Under the pieces are notes generated by a model. The model saw only the letters and a program-made list of their open reading frames with translations, did not search any database and was not told the DNA's origin. Of a stretch of DNA of 64,000 nt, positions 11,141 through 23,808 are shown piece by piece; position 1 is the stretch's first letter, and each line of letters begins with the position of its first letter. A program made the translations under genes and the position numbers. Origin of the DNA: Strigamia acuminata (taxonomy: Eukaryota); NCBI GenBank assembly GCA_949358305.1, contig OX442314.1, positions 19,282,001-19,346,000 on the forward strand, given 5' to 3'.

Positions 11141-11325
11141 TTAAATATTTCGTTTCATATTCCACTGCATTAAATATTTCGTTTCATATTCCACTGCATT
11201 AAATATTTCGGTTCATATTCCACTGCATTAAATATTTCGTTTCATATTCCACTGCATTAAATATTTCGTTTCATATTCTACTGCATTAAATATTTCGTTT
11301 CATATTCCACTGCATTAATTATTTC
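11141..11325. repeat. 29-bp minisatellite, about 6 copies
   Basis: Tandem unit TTAAATATTTCGTTTCATATTCCACTGCA. Confidence 0.95.
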
Positions 11326-12239
11326 ATTGTATTTTCCATCAATTAAAATGCTTCAAGTTGTCGCTCATTTCATTTGTAATCAATTGTGTTCATTTAAAAG
11401 GTTAGCCTGGCTTAATTTGAATAATTTTTATTCCAATTGTATCTTTTCCTGCTAATCAATGGAAATAAAAGAAAAATTTAATTACATTCACAAATTTAAA
11501 AATTACATTTAAAACAATTTTTATGGAGGCTGACAACAGTCATGTGAGTGGAATAGGCATCTTTTATTTGTCATAGCGCCTCACAGGCACCAAATGAGAA
11601 TAAAGCAGTGCTTTCGAGTGGAAGAAATATCACTAAATAAGCTTAGAAGAGCATGCAACGTATGTGTATCAGCAAATGTTATTCTTTTTCCTGGACTACA
11701 TCCCCAGGAAAGACAAGAACAGTTCACATGCGCACATTAATTTAAGAAAAAAAAATCCCTTAAAAATGAATTAGTTTAAAAGTTTTTTGTTAATAAATGA
11801 AAAAAACTTAATGAAAACGTAATTTAATGTGCATTTTATACTTTAAATATATAGAGCCATACTGTCCCTTTAATGTATTACTCCTAAACAAATTAGTGTT
11901 TGGCTTAAGAGTTTAAGTCCCACAGTGGCATCTCAATGAGGATTGTTCGATTAGTTTAGTGTACCTAACAATTAATCACACGGACCGTCGTGTATTTTAC
12001 CAAGATCACCGGAAGAGCTTAGCTATCTGCATAGTTTCAAGAACAAAATATTTACTGAATGTAAGTTGGTATGATATTAAATTTTATGAGATAACAATTA
12101 ATCATGTTGACAGCCTGACATAAACAAGTTCCTGTACTCCACCGTGGACAATTTTACGATAATAACATAAATTACAAATGACATAAGTTTCCGTTATTGA
12201 CTTTACAAAAGGTGCTCGTAGCTACAGTTTGCGTCTAGT

Positions 12240-15200
12240 ATGTTCAGTTTACTTGAGACATCCAGCAACATGTATTTAATTCAGAAAAAAATTACAAGAC
12301 GGCTATTAGGACAAATAATTCGGACAGAACTGGATTATAAACGACTCCAAATTCCAATTGTTGGATTATCATTCGCCCAAAACAATCAAAGATCAGTGTT
12401 GTTAAGAATAATATGGGTTATTGTTTTATTGACGTGTGTTGTAACTTGTGGTTATCAAGCATACGACCGTATAAGACATTATTGCTCTGCGCCGATAAGA
12501 GTTGATGTCAAGTACAGCATTGGTGATAATTATTTTCTGCCCTCTGTTACCGTATGCGCTCACGATACACCATCATGGATTGAATACATCGAAAACAATT
12601 CGGAAGTTGCTAGTAAGATTCAATCGTTTCAAGATGAGTATCCATGCGCCAATCAGATATTGGATTTTGATGATTCTATTAATGAGAAATCAGTTGGCGA
12701 AATTTGGAAAATGTTCAACACAAGTACAGTTCTTGAAAGCTATAATTTAGCGAAGGTACAGTACATTTATCATTTGTATTTTAAAAAGACTTGATGACTA
12801 TTTTCCAAGAATAAATAAAAAAAAAGTACACTTAAAAAATGGATGGCAACGATTACGTACTGTACGACTAAATACCGAACCAGAGCCTAAATCTTATGAT
12901 GAAGATGAAAATAGTCACAAAATTCTTATCACTACACTACACGAGCACCATTGGAAAAGCCATTTACACTTCAAAACATTTTAAACATCGATTTAAACTT
13001 CAATGTAAACTTTCTGACTGTGGCTGGTCTGATTTAACTTGTTAAATAGCGACAGTTTAGTCAGAATTTTTCCACAATGATTCAAAATATCAGATTTTGA
13101 AAACTCGAATACACATCATAGTGTTATTTTCAAGCGAAAACAATAGTTTTGACTGGAGCGGAATGTTCAGGGCTGTCGTTAGATGTAAAATAATGCGATT
13201 CCGCATCAAAGAATTTCGTTCAGTGATAACGGCCAAATTTGGCATTTTAAACTGATTTTTCGAATGCAGCTATTGTTTTATATTATCATATTCTAAGAAT
13301 TCTCAACCATTCTTTTCTCTCCAGGGAAAAACCTTGCTGCCAAATACTAGTGTTCAACTAATTAATACAAATTTATCGTTAGGCAACTGCTTAAAATTTT
13401 CATATGGTTTGTATTTTTTTTAAATTTCATTCTTGATTTAAACATTATTTTATTTTTTATCAGACGATGCTAGTGATGAAAAGGCTAATAAATTCGATTT
13501 TAAAATAAAAAAACCCAAAGGAGGTTGCAATCGAGCTTCTAGATTGATGGTAAAAGTGATAGAGGTTTATAGAAATCAGGTTTCTCAACTGTCTGTTCTC
13601 AATGTATTACAGCTTACAATACAAAAAAATCAAATGAAATCAAATTTAAAACAGTTTTGGCACATCCCAAGCAAATCCAGAGTTGGAATTAATGTTGCTC
13701 TAACCGAGGTAATTTTCTTTTAATTTTTCCATTTTTTTATTGAATATTATTAAACTCGCACGTAGTATAACTTTGTGACAAACAAATGGAAAAAATGTGT
13801 TGCAACCGAAGAGTATGAGAGGTGTTACGACAATTGTATTAAAAAACAATACGATGAGCTTCAGCTAGATCCTGATTTCGAAAACCATTTCTCATGCAGG
13901 TAAAATTTACAATCACTTTTTATAGTAAATTGGAACAAACTTGGTTTTCCTATGCTTAGATATCCATTTGATCCCGAATTTATACATTTGCCACCATGCA
14001 GTCAACCCAACTTTGAGACGTATCTTTATCATGGAATTTTTCCTGTGCGCGTTAAACCATCTCACTATCATTGTTCAGACCCATGCCACGATTACACGTT
14101 TGACATAAATCTCCACTACTATGCCCACCAAAAAGCTAACACAAACGTTCAAATTAGAAAAGAAACTTATTATGTAACTAGTAGTTACATAATAAGTTTC
14201 TTTTCTAATTTTCACTCAGCTGTACAGTTATGACATTGTCACACTCCTGTGTGACATTGGAGGAAACTTAGGACTTCTATTAGGCCTATCAATACTTTCT
14301 ATCTGCGACGTAGTGTACGTATGCTTCAAACAAATTTACATTAATAGATGTCTGAAGAGATACAAAGTGTGTTTCTGTGTTAAAAGTAAAATCCAGCATA
14401 TTTGTGAAATGCAAATGATGAAGAACCAGGTCCCGCCATACGGCCCGTCGATGAGCACAAAAATAATGAAAAACAAGCGATTCTTTTCCAGTATACTCTG
14501 TATTGCTATATACTTGACATCATTGGCTTTTTGTTTATATATTACTGTAAACAGGGCTTTACATTACTTCAGCTTTCCTACTAAAACTATTGTCAGAGTG
14601 CATAAAAATGAAACAATACAGTTTCCAACTATCGCAATTTGTGCAGATAATGATTACATAAAAAATGTAAGAGATTCGTATTTCAAAATCACTGGAAATC
14701 ACTCTTGCTTGCCTTTGGATCAATACTTGGATGTATCGGAAACTACAGTACAAGATTTGTGGGAAAATTCTGCAACAAGTGATGTTATACATTATGAGAT
14801 TTCCCCTGCTTTGGTATCAATAAATTTATTATTACATTTAATATTACTAAAGAACAGAACCTACTGTAGAAAAAACATATCTAGCCTTAATGGGGTGGCC
14901 TCCAAAATGTCTAATGCCAAAATGTCTAATCCCTAAATGTCTAAGCCGAAATGTCTAATCTGAAATGGCTAATGGACCAAATGTCTCATCCAAAATGTCT
15001 AACGAGGGGAACACCCGTATAAGATACTCACAGATTGTTGTAATAATAAACGTGGAGAATTGTTGTATCATGCTGAATGCAACCCTAAAATAATTTCATT
15101 CCATAAACAGCCAACAATGCAAACAATGAGCTCAAAGTTTGCACTATTTTGTCTGTGTATTCATCCAATCTGAGCAATCAGGCCTAGTGTATGAATACTG

Positions 15201-17187
15201 TAAACAACAGTTGCTAGGTAAAGAATAGTTCCAAGATCCAAGTTCAATTTTATCATTTGATATTTAATGATGTAATTTCCTCATTTGATATCACATGACA
15301 TATGACATCAGAACTTTGTTCACCAACATGACTGTCTTCAGGAAGACAACAATAGTTTGTAGTGGTGGTGCAGTGGTTAAGCAATGGACTAGGAATCTTT
15401 CCACACAGGTTCAAATCCTGCTGTCTGTGAAAATTTTTTACTTTTATTTTTTAATTTTTACAGCAGTAATTTTAATGTTTGTAATTTTATGTTTGTTTTT
15501 AGAAAACTTTAATTAATTAATTTTAATTTTTTAACAAACATAAAATTACAAACATTAAAATTACTGCTATAAAAATTAAAAAATAAAAGTAAATTTTTTT
15601 TACAATTTTTAGCAGGATTTGAACCTGTGTGGAAAGATTCCTAGTCTATTGCTTAACCACTGCACCACCACTACAAACTATTATTGTCTTCCTGAAGACA
15701 GTCATGTTGGTGAACAAAGTTCTGATGTCATATGTCATGTGATATCAAATGAGGAAATGACATCATTAAATATCAAATGATAAAATTCAACTTGGATCTT
15801 GGAACTATTTTTTACCTAGCAACTGTTGTTTACAGTATTCATACACTAGGCCTGATTGCTCAGATTGGATGAATACACAGACAAAATAGTGCAAACTTTG
15901 AGCTCATTGTTTGCATTGTTGGCTGTTTATGGAATGAAATTATTTTAGGGTTGCATTCAGCATGATACAACAATTCTCCACGTTTATTATTACAATAATC
16001 TGTGAGTATCTTATACTGGTGTTCCCCTCGTAAGCCGAAATGTCTAATTCGAAATGTCAGCTAGAGTATGGCTGAATGTTTTTCTTTAAGTTGGCTAGTT
16101 CGAAACCAAAATACTGTTTTTTAAAATTGTCTCTCTTTTGAAAAGAGTTTTTTTTTTTCGTCGTCCTTGGACTTATTAAAGTCGAGATTTACCACTTATC
16201 CTACGGTGTATGGAAATTGTGCTAAATTCAAGTTAGGTCTGTTATATCACTGTTTGAATAATAGTATTTCATTCTAATATGACTTCAATACTAACTGTTC
16301 ACAGATGAACCATTGGAAGTGTTTGGAACTACGACTACAGTAGAAAGCATCATAAACAATGTGAATGATTCTTCTTGTGAACAACCCGTAGTAACGGTAA
16401 ATTCGTTAAAATAAATCAGCTAGAACAAGTGCAATATTTAAAAAGAATTCCTAGATTTTTATAGCCCCGAAAGACGTCCCTTTACATTTTGAGTTACGCA
16501 CAACTCTAAAAATTCCAAGGAATAAAATAGCTATTATCGCTTTGAGATTTCAAAAAGTAATTATTGTCATTGAAGATACTTAAATACGGTATATTATTAT
16601 TGATAACAATAAAAATTTTATTACAGATAATTAGATTAAACAGCCAAGACAAGCAACAATGCACCAATAGAAAAACTGCAATCGATTGCCTTACGAAATG
16701 TCACGAAAATCTACTCTTCAAAAAAATACCTTGCAAGAAAGTTAACTGTTAATTTACATATAGAATTAGAATTGTTTTAGTTGAAATAAAGATCTTGTCT
16801 ACATATTACAGGTTGCCTTTCATGCGTCAGAAAATGAAGCAACAATTTTGCACAACTTCAAGATCTGCTAAAGTATCCAGAACAATTTATGAAGAAATCT
16901 ACGCAAGACATTTCCCAGATAGCAGTTGCAAATGTTTACCATCCTGCACCGAATTGAGATACGAGTACAGCGACTTCGTTGAACCTTACGACGAAAAGTT
17001 TACTTTTATTCAACTTTTCTTTCCAAAAAGTCTCTTAGAAACGATTCAAGAAGTGTATTCATATACATTCATACAATTTATTTGTGATGTTGGCGGTATT
17101 TTGGCAATTGGATTAGGGTTCACAGTTTTAACGTTAGTTGATACTCTTCAAGCTCTCATCAGTTTTGCAATTTCTTCGAAACATTAA
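12240..17187 (+). CDS. Double-domain DEG/ENaC channel gene, copy 2 (11 exons, roughly 830 aa; one frameshifting insertion, so possibly a pseudogene)
   Basis: Exon 1 (12240 or 12270 to 12755) has TM1 (LLRIIWVIVLLTC) and LPSVTVC. Later exons start near 13325, 13463, 13613, 13767, 13960, 16146, 16305, 16455, 16627 and 16812 and are collinear with copies 1 and 3. The only lesion seen is the inverted duplication at 14181-14210. Confidence 0.75.
14892..16058. mobile_element. Truncated element with AAATGTCTAA subterminal repeats, in an intron of ENaC copy 2
   Basis: About 10 copies of AAATGTCTAA-like units at 14904-15002 and 16031-16058. Absent from copies 1 and 3, and it replaces part of the intron. 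Confidence 0.6.
15003..16030. mobile_element. Foldback/MITE-type element, near-perfect 1-kb palindrome with TAA TSD (PIF/Harbinger-like)
   Basis: Arms 15003-15497 and 15533-16030 are reverse complements (CGAGGGGAACACC...GGTGTTCCCCTCG), flanked by TAA on both sides. Confidence 0.9.
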
Positions 17188-17613
17188 TAACTTTAATTTA
17201 AAAAAAAAAAACAGTTTTGTGTAACAGTGAAAAAATAGCATAATGTCTATTTCATTTAAATTAGTGCACTTAGAAGTTAATACAGTTATTTTAAAGTTCA
17301 GCTAAAATAATGTAGAAAAAAATTAAAATAATATAAATACTGTATAAGTAATGTAGGCTTTATTTTTTATTTTGTAAAAATCCAGGGGGAAAAGTCTATT
17401 CAAAAGAGAGTCCCGATTTTAGGAGAGCCACAAAAAGTTATTTAATGTGTTCTTTTCACATATATAAAAATTAAAAGTCATAAAAATTGCAAAAGTGAAA
17501 GCGAAACTGTGAATGAATTTTATCCCTAGAGAAGCAAAAAGCACGCGTTATTGTTACGGATATGTACTGTGGTTATTATAGCAACACTGTGGGGAGGAAA
17601 ATAAATAAGATTA

Positions 17614-19183
17614 GGGGGTTTCATTATATGAATGATTTTGCAATTTTGTGATTTTGCATTAATCACAAAATCATTATTTTTTGACGCCTCCAAAAATGGG
17701 ATTACATTGAATTAACCCAGTCAATTTTGCAATTGTGTGATCTGGACAACTTTGTGATTTTTGAGTATTGACATGTGATATCTGTTCCACCAATCACATT
17801 CACATTCACTAAAGTACAAGAGAGTGAAAACATAAAATCTCAAAAACATCTAAAAGGTAGTTTTTGTGATTTTGATAAGAAGTGATTTTGAGGCTTGTGA
17901 AACTCAAAACAAAATGGAGGCATCCAAGCTCTATCTAAGTGGCCAACTTGTATCCTTGTATATCATCCATATGATGATGCATCCATGACTGTATAACTGC
18001 TAAGAAACTCAATTAATGGCTCTGGTGCAATCTGTGAAACTTATATTTATAAAAATGTACCTTTTTAAAAAAAATTTTGTTCCATCACACAAATACAGGG
18101 TGAGTCAAAAGTCTGAAAACACTTTTTTTTCTTGAAAATAACCGAAGATATATCAATTCTATTGATGTAGGCATATAGGAAGTTGATGGTGGGCTATCCA
18201 GTGGTGATCTTAAATTTGACCCGGAAGGTCATCTTCAAAGTCATTCACTTTCTAACTTTTAAACCGTTTAAGATACAGCAAAATTTCCAATTACAAAGTT
18301 GTAGAGCACCATCAAATTAGTATTATCCAACTTATCTTAGTCACTTTAAGTAAAATGGTTTTTTTTAAAAAAAATGAAAACAAATCAGCAAATTGAAATT
18401 TTTTATTCCTATAAAAATAAAATAATTTAGACTTTTAAAAAAGACAGTGGTTTTACTTGTTTACTTACATAATAATGCAAATTTGAATACATTTATTGAA
18501 GAAATTCAGTACTTTTGCAGTAGAAATTTAAGTTTTGTCACAATGGCTGGCTTACTTCAGCTGATTTGTTTTAAATTAAGATGTCTAAGATAAGTTGGAT
18601 AGTACTAATTCAATCGTGTTCTACGACTTTGTAATTGGAAATTTTGCTGGATCTTAAACGATTTACAAGTTAGAAAGTGAATGACCTTGAAGATGACCTT
18701 CTGTGTCAGATTTAAGGTCACCACTGAATAGCATACCATCGACTTCCTATACGACCACATCAATAGAATTGACATATCTTTGGTCATTTGCAAGAAAAAA
18801 AGGTATTTCCAGACTTTTGACTCACCCTGTAGAACCAGTTATTTTGCATCACATTTTAAAATTGGTTGGATATAACTAAACCCCAGTATGGTGGTTAGGA
18901 AGTCATGTGACTATTTAAATAATTGCAAAATTGCAAAATCATGAGATTGTTTTTGCAACTAATTGTTAATCACAATTTGTGATGGCCACTTGGATTGAGT
19001 TTGGCTGCTGCCATTTTGTCAAAATAGCAAAACTACCTTCGATTTTGTGATTGTGTATTTTTTCTGTTTTGTGTTTTTGCAATTATGCACACGATTGGTG
19101 GAACTGATATCATGTGACAAATCCAAAAGTGCAAAATTGCTAAAGTTGCAAAATTACAAAATTGCTTAATTAATGAAACCCCC
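17614..19183. mobile_element. Non-autonomous TIR element containing a nested MITE
   Basis: Ends GGGGGTTTCATTA...TAATGAAACCCCC flanked by TA; inverted subterminal motif near 17775 and 19093. Confidence 0.65.
18096..18829. mobile_element. Tc1/mariner-type MITE with about 250-bp TIRs
   Basis: TA|CAGGGTGAGTCAAAAGTCTG...CAGACTTTTGACTCACCCTG|TA. Confidence 0.9.
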
Positions 19184-20926
19184 TATTGTTATTTTTGTGT
19201 TCAATCTGGCTGTTCAATCTGGCTGACTCTATTCCATCAACAAAAACTAGGTCCAACAAAACTGTACTTTCCATCTGCGGCGATCCGGGTTTTCACTTAA
19301 TAAATTTGGTAAACTTAGTAAGCAATCGTCGGTGAGATGCCGTACAGGACTTCTACTCTGTGGCCAAATGTTTGTCTAGGGGAATGATTTTACACAGAGT
19401 AAAGGAAAAATTAGATAGCTTTAATTGTTCAAAATACAAAGGAGATATTATTCAAAATGTTTGGGGTCGATCTGGCTTCTTCTTCAATATCTACACTCAC
19501 GGTTGACCGTTGGCTCCAAGATGGCGTCGATGGCGTCGTGTGAGTGCGGGATTTTGGCAGAGTAGACTCAATGCCAAAATACGTTGCCAAATATACTAAA
19601 ATCCTCGTGGAGCACGCTCGACACGAGAATACGTCTTGCACACAGCGGTTTGATTATTACGGAGCAAGCTCGACGTAACAATTCGTCTTCACAGTTCGCC
19701 TTGTGGAGTTAAACTCAACACAAAGCCTTCAAATTGACAGAGCAAGCTCAATGTCAATTTACACACAGAAATGGCTTAAATTACGCGTAGTAATTCAAGC
19801 AAGAAGGGCGCTATTCTGTACAGTTGGTACAGACCAGCAATGAAACTCAATTCGTCCAATATCACAGATCACACTTAGCAGGTTTGGCTTAAGTTTGACA
19901 CGGTTGTGAACAGTTTGGAGGTGGAATCAAGAGTGCGGGAAGAGTGGGCCAAAACCGTTTGGCTCACTTCTAAATCTGCTCAGTAAAGCTGCGCAGATGA
20001 CGAGTTGCGCAAAGATCACACACGGCCGCCTTCGGGTCGTGTGCAACAATTGAGCCAGGCAAGCGCGAGAGGAGGGGATGCTCCGCCCAGGCACACGCCT
20101 AGCAGCATCATCAAAGCAATGCACGCTGCAGCGTGATTGGTTGACGCTGTTGCTGGGCCAAAACTTGCTGCAAAACACAATATTATTTGGGTAATATTGC
20201 GTCTTGTTTTATATTTAATTAATGTATGTTGTATTTCAATTTACATTGAAACAAAACATATAGGAATGTTTGATATGTTCATAAGATAAATCAGAAATAT
20301 GGTGTTCACTCAAATGGAAATATTTGAGGTCACCACACATCTAACTTGAAGAGGAGGTTATGAGATAATTTTTTTCAAAGTAGTCAATAAGTATCAATGC
20401 AGTGCGATTGATTGCCTTTATAAAAAATGTGTCGGAATGTTTAAATTTTTGAGAACCCCTGGTCTAGATGACATCAATTAAATGGCATGTTGTCACGACA
20501 TATGTAAGGGTCTTTGTACCACTGGTGGATACAGTTAAAAAAAACATTCTGGAGTTGAGCTTGAAGCTTTGGTGGGAAGACTTTTATCATCATGGCCACA
20601 CGTCTTTCTCTCCGGAAAAAAACTCCTTGTATACACCTGTTAGCAAAAAGTGCAATGCGCTTTGGCTCCCCGATAAGTCAATACCGACGTGACAAGACCT
20701 TGTTTCCGGATCAGACCATCACAGTTCTGCACTACTGTAATTAAATACCATAAAAATTAATACTGTATCAACCAAGGTTTAGTAAATATTTTTGATTTTG
20801 AAACTAAGCACATAATTAAAGTCGTGTATTTTATTCCGATTATCTTGATAAAACACAAAATTTTATGATAACATAGTCTGTTAGAAATGACACGAGTTTT
20901 CTTTATTACAAAATTCTATGACAATA

Positions 20927-21350
20927 AGGCTTTTTTACTTACCGTCGGGTGGCGCTACTACGCGCATGCGTATAGCGCAAATGAGTGGCACAAGCCACAA
21001 CAAGACAATAGAAACGGACCAAAATTCTATTTATTAATTTATTTTTTCGACATTTAAAAAAAAAAATTTTCCAATTACTTCTGAAAACTGATGTTACATT
21101 CATTTATAAAAAAAAAATTAAAAAAAAATAAATTAAAGTTAAATAAAAAAAATAAATAAATAAAGTTAAATAAAAAATGAATGTAACATCGATTTTCCAA
21201 AGTAATTGGAAAATTTTTTTTTTAATGTCGAAAAAATAGATTAATAAATAGATTTTTGGTCTGTTTCTATTATCTTGTTGTGGCTTTAGCCTCTCATTTG
21301 CGCTACGCGCATGCGCATAGTAGCGCCACCCAACGGTAAGTAAGAAGCCT
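20927..21350. mobile_element. Foldback MITE just upstream of ENaC copy 3
   Basis: Long imperfect inverted arms (AGGCTT..TTACTTACCGTCGGGTGGCGCTACTA / TAGTAGCGCCACCCAACGGTAAGTAA..AAGCCT). Absent at the homologous site upstream of copy 2. Confidence 0.85.
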
Positions 21351-23808
21351 TATAGGTATTCATGGTAACAGTCTGCGTCTAGTCATTAGTACATTGAATT
21401 TACTTGATACATACAGCAACATGCCTTTGACTAAGAAAAATATTAGAAGATGGCTCTTAGTATAAAGAATTCAGACAGAACTGGAATACAAACGACATCA
21501 AATTCCAATTGTTGGATTATCATTCGCCCAAAACAATCAAAAATCGGTGTTGTTAAGAATAATATGGGTTATTGTTTTATTGACGTGTGTTGTAACTTGT
21601 GGTTATCAAGCATACGACCGTATAAGATATTATTGCTCAGCACCCATCAGAGTTGATGCTAAGTACAGCATTGGTGATAATTATTTTCTGCCCTCTCTAA
21701 CCGTATGCGCTCACGATACACCATTATGGATTGAATACATCGAAAACAATACTAGGTTTCAACGTATGCTTCAACTGTATCAAGCTCGGTTTCCCTGCGC
21801 TAATCAACTATTAGAATCGTATAATTTAATTAATAAGAAATCAGTTGGCGACATTTGGAAAATGTTCAACACAAGTACAGTTCTTGAAAGCTATAATTTA
21901 TCGAAGGTACAGTACTTTTATCATTTGTATTTTAAAAAGACTTGATGACTATTTTCTAAGAATACATAACAAAAAGTAAGTTTAAAAAATGGATGGCAAC
22001 TATTATGTACGTACGACTAAATATCGAACCAGAGCCTAAATCTTATGATGAAGTTGAAAATAGTCACAATTTCTTATCACTACACGAGCACCATTCGAAA
22101 AGCCCATTTACACTTCAAAACATTATAAACAGATTAAACTACAATTTAAACTTCCTGACTGCGACTTGTCTGATTTAACTTGTAAAATGGCGACTGTTTA
22201 GTCAGAATTTTTCCACAATGATTCAAAATATCATATTTTGAAAACTCGAATACAACACAAGTGAAAACAATAGTTTTGACTGGAGCGGAATGTTCAGGGT
22301 TATGTGGTTAATTCATCGTCAAAGAATTTCGCTCAGTAATAACGGCCAAATTTGGCAAATTTAAACTGATTTGTCAAATGCAGCTACTGTATTGTCCTAT
22401 ATCATCATCTTCTAAGAATTCTCAACCATTCTTTTCTCTTCAGGGAAAAACCTTGCTGCCAAATACTAGTGTTCAACTAAGTGATACAAATTTATCGTTA
22501 GGGAACTGCTTAAAATTTGCATATGGTTTGTATTTTTTGAATTTCTTTTTTGATTTAAACCTGATTTTATTTTTTTATCAGACGATGCTAGTGATGAAAA
22601 GGCGAATAAAATCAATTTCAAAATAAAAAAACCCAAAGGAGGTTGCAATCGAGCTTCTAGATTGATGGTAAAACTGATGGAGTTTTACAGAAATCAGATT
22701 TCTCAACTGTCTGCTTCTCAATGTTTAACAGCTTACAATACAAAAAAATCAAATGAAATCAAATTTAAAACAGTTTTGGCACATCCCAAGCAATTCCAGA
22801 GTTGAAATTAATGTTGCTCTAACCGAGGTAATTTTCTTTTAATTTTTCCATTATTTTTTATTGAATATTATTAATAAACACGCACTTAGTATAACTTTGT
22901 GACAAATAAATGGAAAAAATGTGTTGCAATCGAAGAGTATGAGAGGTGTTACGACAATTGTTTAAAAAATATGTATGATGAGGGTCTCAAAGATCCTTAT
23001 TACGAGGACTATTTCTCATGCATTTAGTAGTAAATTGGAACAAACTTAGTTTTTCTTTGCTTAGATATCCATTTGATCCCGAATTTATACATTTGCCACC
23101 ATGCAGTCAACCCGACTTTGCGACGTACATTGTTCATGCAATTTTTCCCGTGCGCCTTAAACCATCTCTCTGTAATTGTTCAGACCCATGCCACGATTAC
23201 ACGTTCGATATAAATTTCCACTACTATGCCCACAAAAAAGCTAACACAAACGTCAAAATTAGAAAAGAAACTTATTATGTAACTACATTCACCCAGCTGT
23301 ACAGTTATAACATTGTCACACTCCTGTGTGACATTGGAGGAAACTTAGGACTTCTATTAGGCCTATCAATACTTTCTTTCTGCGACGTCGTGTAACTTAC
23401 ATATGCTTCAAACAAATTTACATTAAAAGATGTCTGAAGAGATACAAAGTGTGTTCCTCTGTGAAAAGTAAAATCCAGCACATTTGTGAAATCCAAATGA
23501 TGAAGAACCAGGTTCCACCATACGACCCGTCGATGAGCACAAAAATAATGAAAAACATGCGATCTTTTTCCAGTATACTCTGTATTGCTATATACTTGAC
23601 ATCATTGGCTTTTTGTTCATTTATTACGATAAACAGAGCTTTACATTACATCAGCTTTCCTACTAAAACTATTGTCCGAGTGCGTAAAAATGATACGATA
23701 CAGTTTCCAACTATCGCAATTTGTGCAGATAATAATTACATCAAAGATTTAAGAGATTTGTACTTCAAAATCACTGGAAATCACTCTTGCTTGCCTTTGG
23801 ATCAATAC

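Noticed and set aside
11141..11325. 29-bp repeats resembling a CRISPR array
   Set aside because: The units are directly adjacent with no spacers, there are no cas genes, and the context is eukaryotic.
14181..14219. 39-nt GT-AG intron starting exactly at the insertion
   Set aside because: Its removal leaves the frame shifted; only the donor at 14174 restores it.
15361..15425. Functional tRNA gene
   Set aside because: No convincing acceptor stem, and it is duplicated inside a mobile palindrome; treated as tRNA-like only.
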